Source of the DNA: an uncultured Clostridia bacterium
Lineage (GTDB): Bacteria > Bacillota > Clostridia > TANB77 > CAG-508
Length of the DNA: 64,000 bases
Assembly: GCA_947589065.1 (NCBI GenBank)
Contig: CANPZM010000001.1
Location: 455-64,454 of the forward strand
Reading direction: 5' to 3'
The notes under the pieces are model-generated. The model ran no database searches and was not told the origin of the DNA. It saw nothing but the letters and a program-made list of their open reading frames with translations. Of the stretch, positions 62,953-64,000 are shown piece after piece. Numbering within the stretch: the first letter of the stretch is position 1; each line of letters begins with the position of its first letter. A program made the translations under genes and the position numbers.

Positions 62953-63963
62953 TTACATTTCTTTATTCATATCTTCATTCATTTGTTTCTCTTCTTGAGG
63001 TAAAGCTAAACTTACATCATTCCATACCCTATTAACATATGATCTCAAATCTTGTTTAATTGGTTTAGTTTGATATTTTTTTAGTGTTACAACAGAGTCA
63101 TCAAATGTCATATTTCCTGGATTTCCATAATATGAATTCATTTCCAATATCTTTTTTCTATATCCAAAAATACCGACTTTAGGCATAGGATAAACTTCTT
63201 TTTCTCTTACTGGCTGTTCAAGAACATTTTCTAGGTTTTCCTTATCTTCTTCTTTTATTTGAATTCCACAATCATGATATTTTTGAAGAAAATCTCTTAC
63301 ACTTTGCGTCATTCCATTTCCTTTAGCATATTCCATTAAATCTACAATACTTTTTTCATTTCTTTCACTTGTATCAATATTATTTTTTTGAAATTCCAAA
63401 TTATATCTTAACAGATCATAATATTTTTTCTGCCCAAATATTCTTCCAAGTACTCCTATCTTTTGTGAATCAATTGAATCAATTTGCTCTTGTATTTTCT
63501 GTTTTTCTGAATCTTTAATTAATAATTGTATTTTAGTTTGTAAATCTTTGTTGAATTTCTCATTTTGTGACCTTTTCCAGTCATCCATAGAAGACTCAAA
63601 ATCACTATTATTAATTATTTTTTCAACAACAATTTGCCTAGCCTCTGCAGATTTTTCATCATCACTACGACATAATTGAGACATTTTTGAAATGGTATAT
63701 GCAACTTCTGATAAATCATCTCCATTTTTTTCCATACCCAATAAATCACAAATTCCATTTACTTTATTTTGTCTATGTCTTATATTTTCAGCATATTTTT
63801 CAATTTGTTCTGCCAAAGCATCTCTTTGCATCTGTTCTTCGTTCTTTTCATTTTCAATTTGTTCCAAATGTTCTTCTCTATAATCCTCTAAGTTCTTATC
63901 AGATACAACAAATGTTTCCTTTTCTTTTGACTTTTTTATTTCATCATCTATAAATTCCATCAT
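62953..63963 (-). CDS. Hypothetical coiled-coil-rich protein
   Basis: 336 aa, E/K/Q-rich and predicted helical, no motifs recognised. The start lies near the window end. Confidence 0.4.
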   Translation of the reverse strand: MMEFIDDEIKKSKEKETFVVSDKNLEDYREEHLEQIENEKNEEQMQRDALAEQIEKYAENIRHRQNKVNGICDLLGMEKNGDDLSEVAYTISKMSQLCRSDDEKSAEARQIVVEKIINNSDFESSMDDWKRSQNEKFNKDLQTKIQLLIKDSEKQKIQEQIDSIDSQKIGVLGRIFGQKKYYDLLRYNLEFQKNNIDTSERNEKSIVDLMEYAKGNGMTQSVRDFLQKYHDCGIQIKEEDKENLENVLEQPVREKEVYPMPKVGIFGYRKKILEMNSYYGNPGNMTFDDSVVTLKKYQTKPIKQDLRSYVNRVWNDVSLALPQEEKQMNEDMNKEM

Positions 63964-64000
63964 TATAGCTTTAGAATCAATATTTTTCTCTTCATGTAAT

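Noticed and set aside
1-64000. tRNA, rRNA and CRISPR arrays
   Set aside because: No cloverleaf-compatible T-loop/acceptor patterns (GTTCRANYC with matching acceptor), no rRNA-like conserved blocks, and no regularly spaced short direct repeats were found on inspection of the intergenic regions.

Overview
This window is AT-rich chromosomal DNA from a low-GC Firmicute, most likely class Clostridia (SpoVB-like flippase, QueH, two FtsH paralogs, T-box control of ileS). It is almost entirely housekeeping. About 55 genes lie on the minus strand and exactly one convincing gene lies on the plus strand. Recognisable blocks are: plsC-cmk; tyrS; polA; tcdA-glyA; a second cmk-like paralog with queH; ruvB without an adjacent ruvA; the classical rimP-nusA-ylxR-L7Ae-infB-rbfA-nrnA-truB operon; ftsH; alr next to a FemAB-family gene; cysS; a class A PBP; rnr; secG; ileS with an upstream T-box leader; hup; a SpoVB-like flippase; a P-type ATPase; an RsmF-like methyltransferase; and a second ftsH. 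I found no rRNA, tRNA, CRISPR array, transposase or integrase. The items most worth follow-up are: (1) a large sortase-type surface adhesin (signal peptide, VWA MIDAS domain, E-box CnaB domain, LPNTG anchor) split into two ORFs by a 1-nt frameshift inside a poly(A)7 tract, which is a candidate phase-variable switch between anchored and secreted forms; (2) an orphan VirD4/TraG-like coupling-protein ATPase with a polytopic N-terminus, the only plus-strand gene, bounded by a perfect 17-bp bidirectional terminator and with no other conjugation genes nearby; (3) a tandem pair of about 131-bp structured repeats abutting the ileS stop codon; (4) alr interrupted by a frameshift next to a FemX-like gene; (5) a diverged second cytidylate-kinase paralog; (6) an HprK-like P-loop domain fused to an Asp23-like domain; (7) a perfect 43-bp palindrome in the adhesin upstream region next to a GT-C-like membrane protein.
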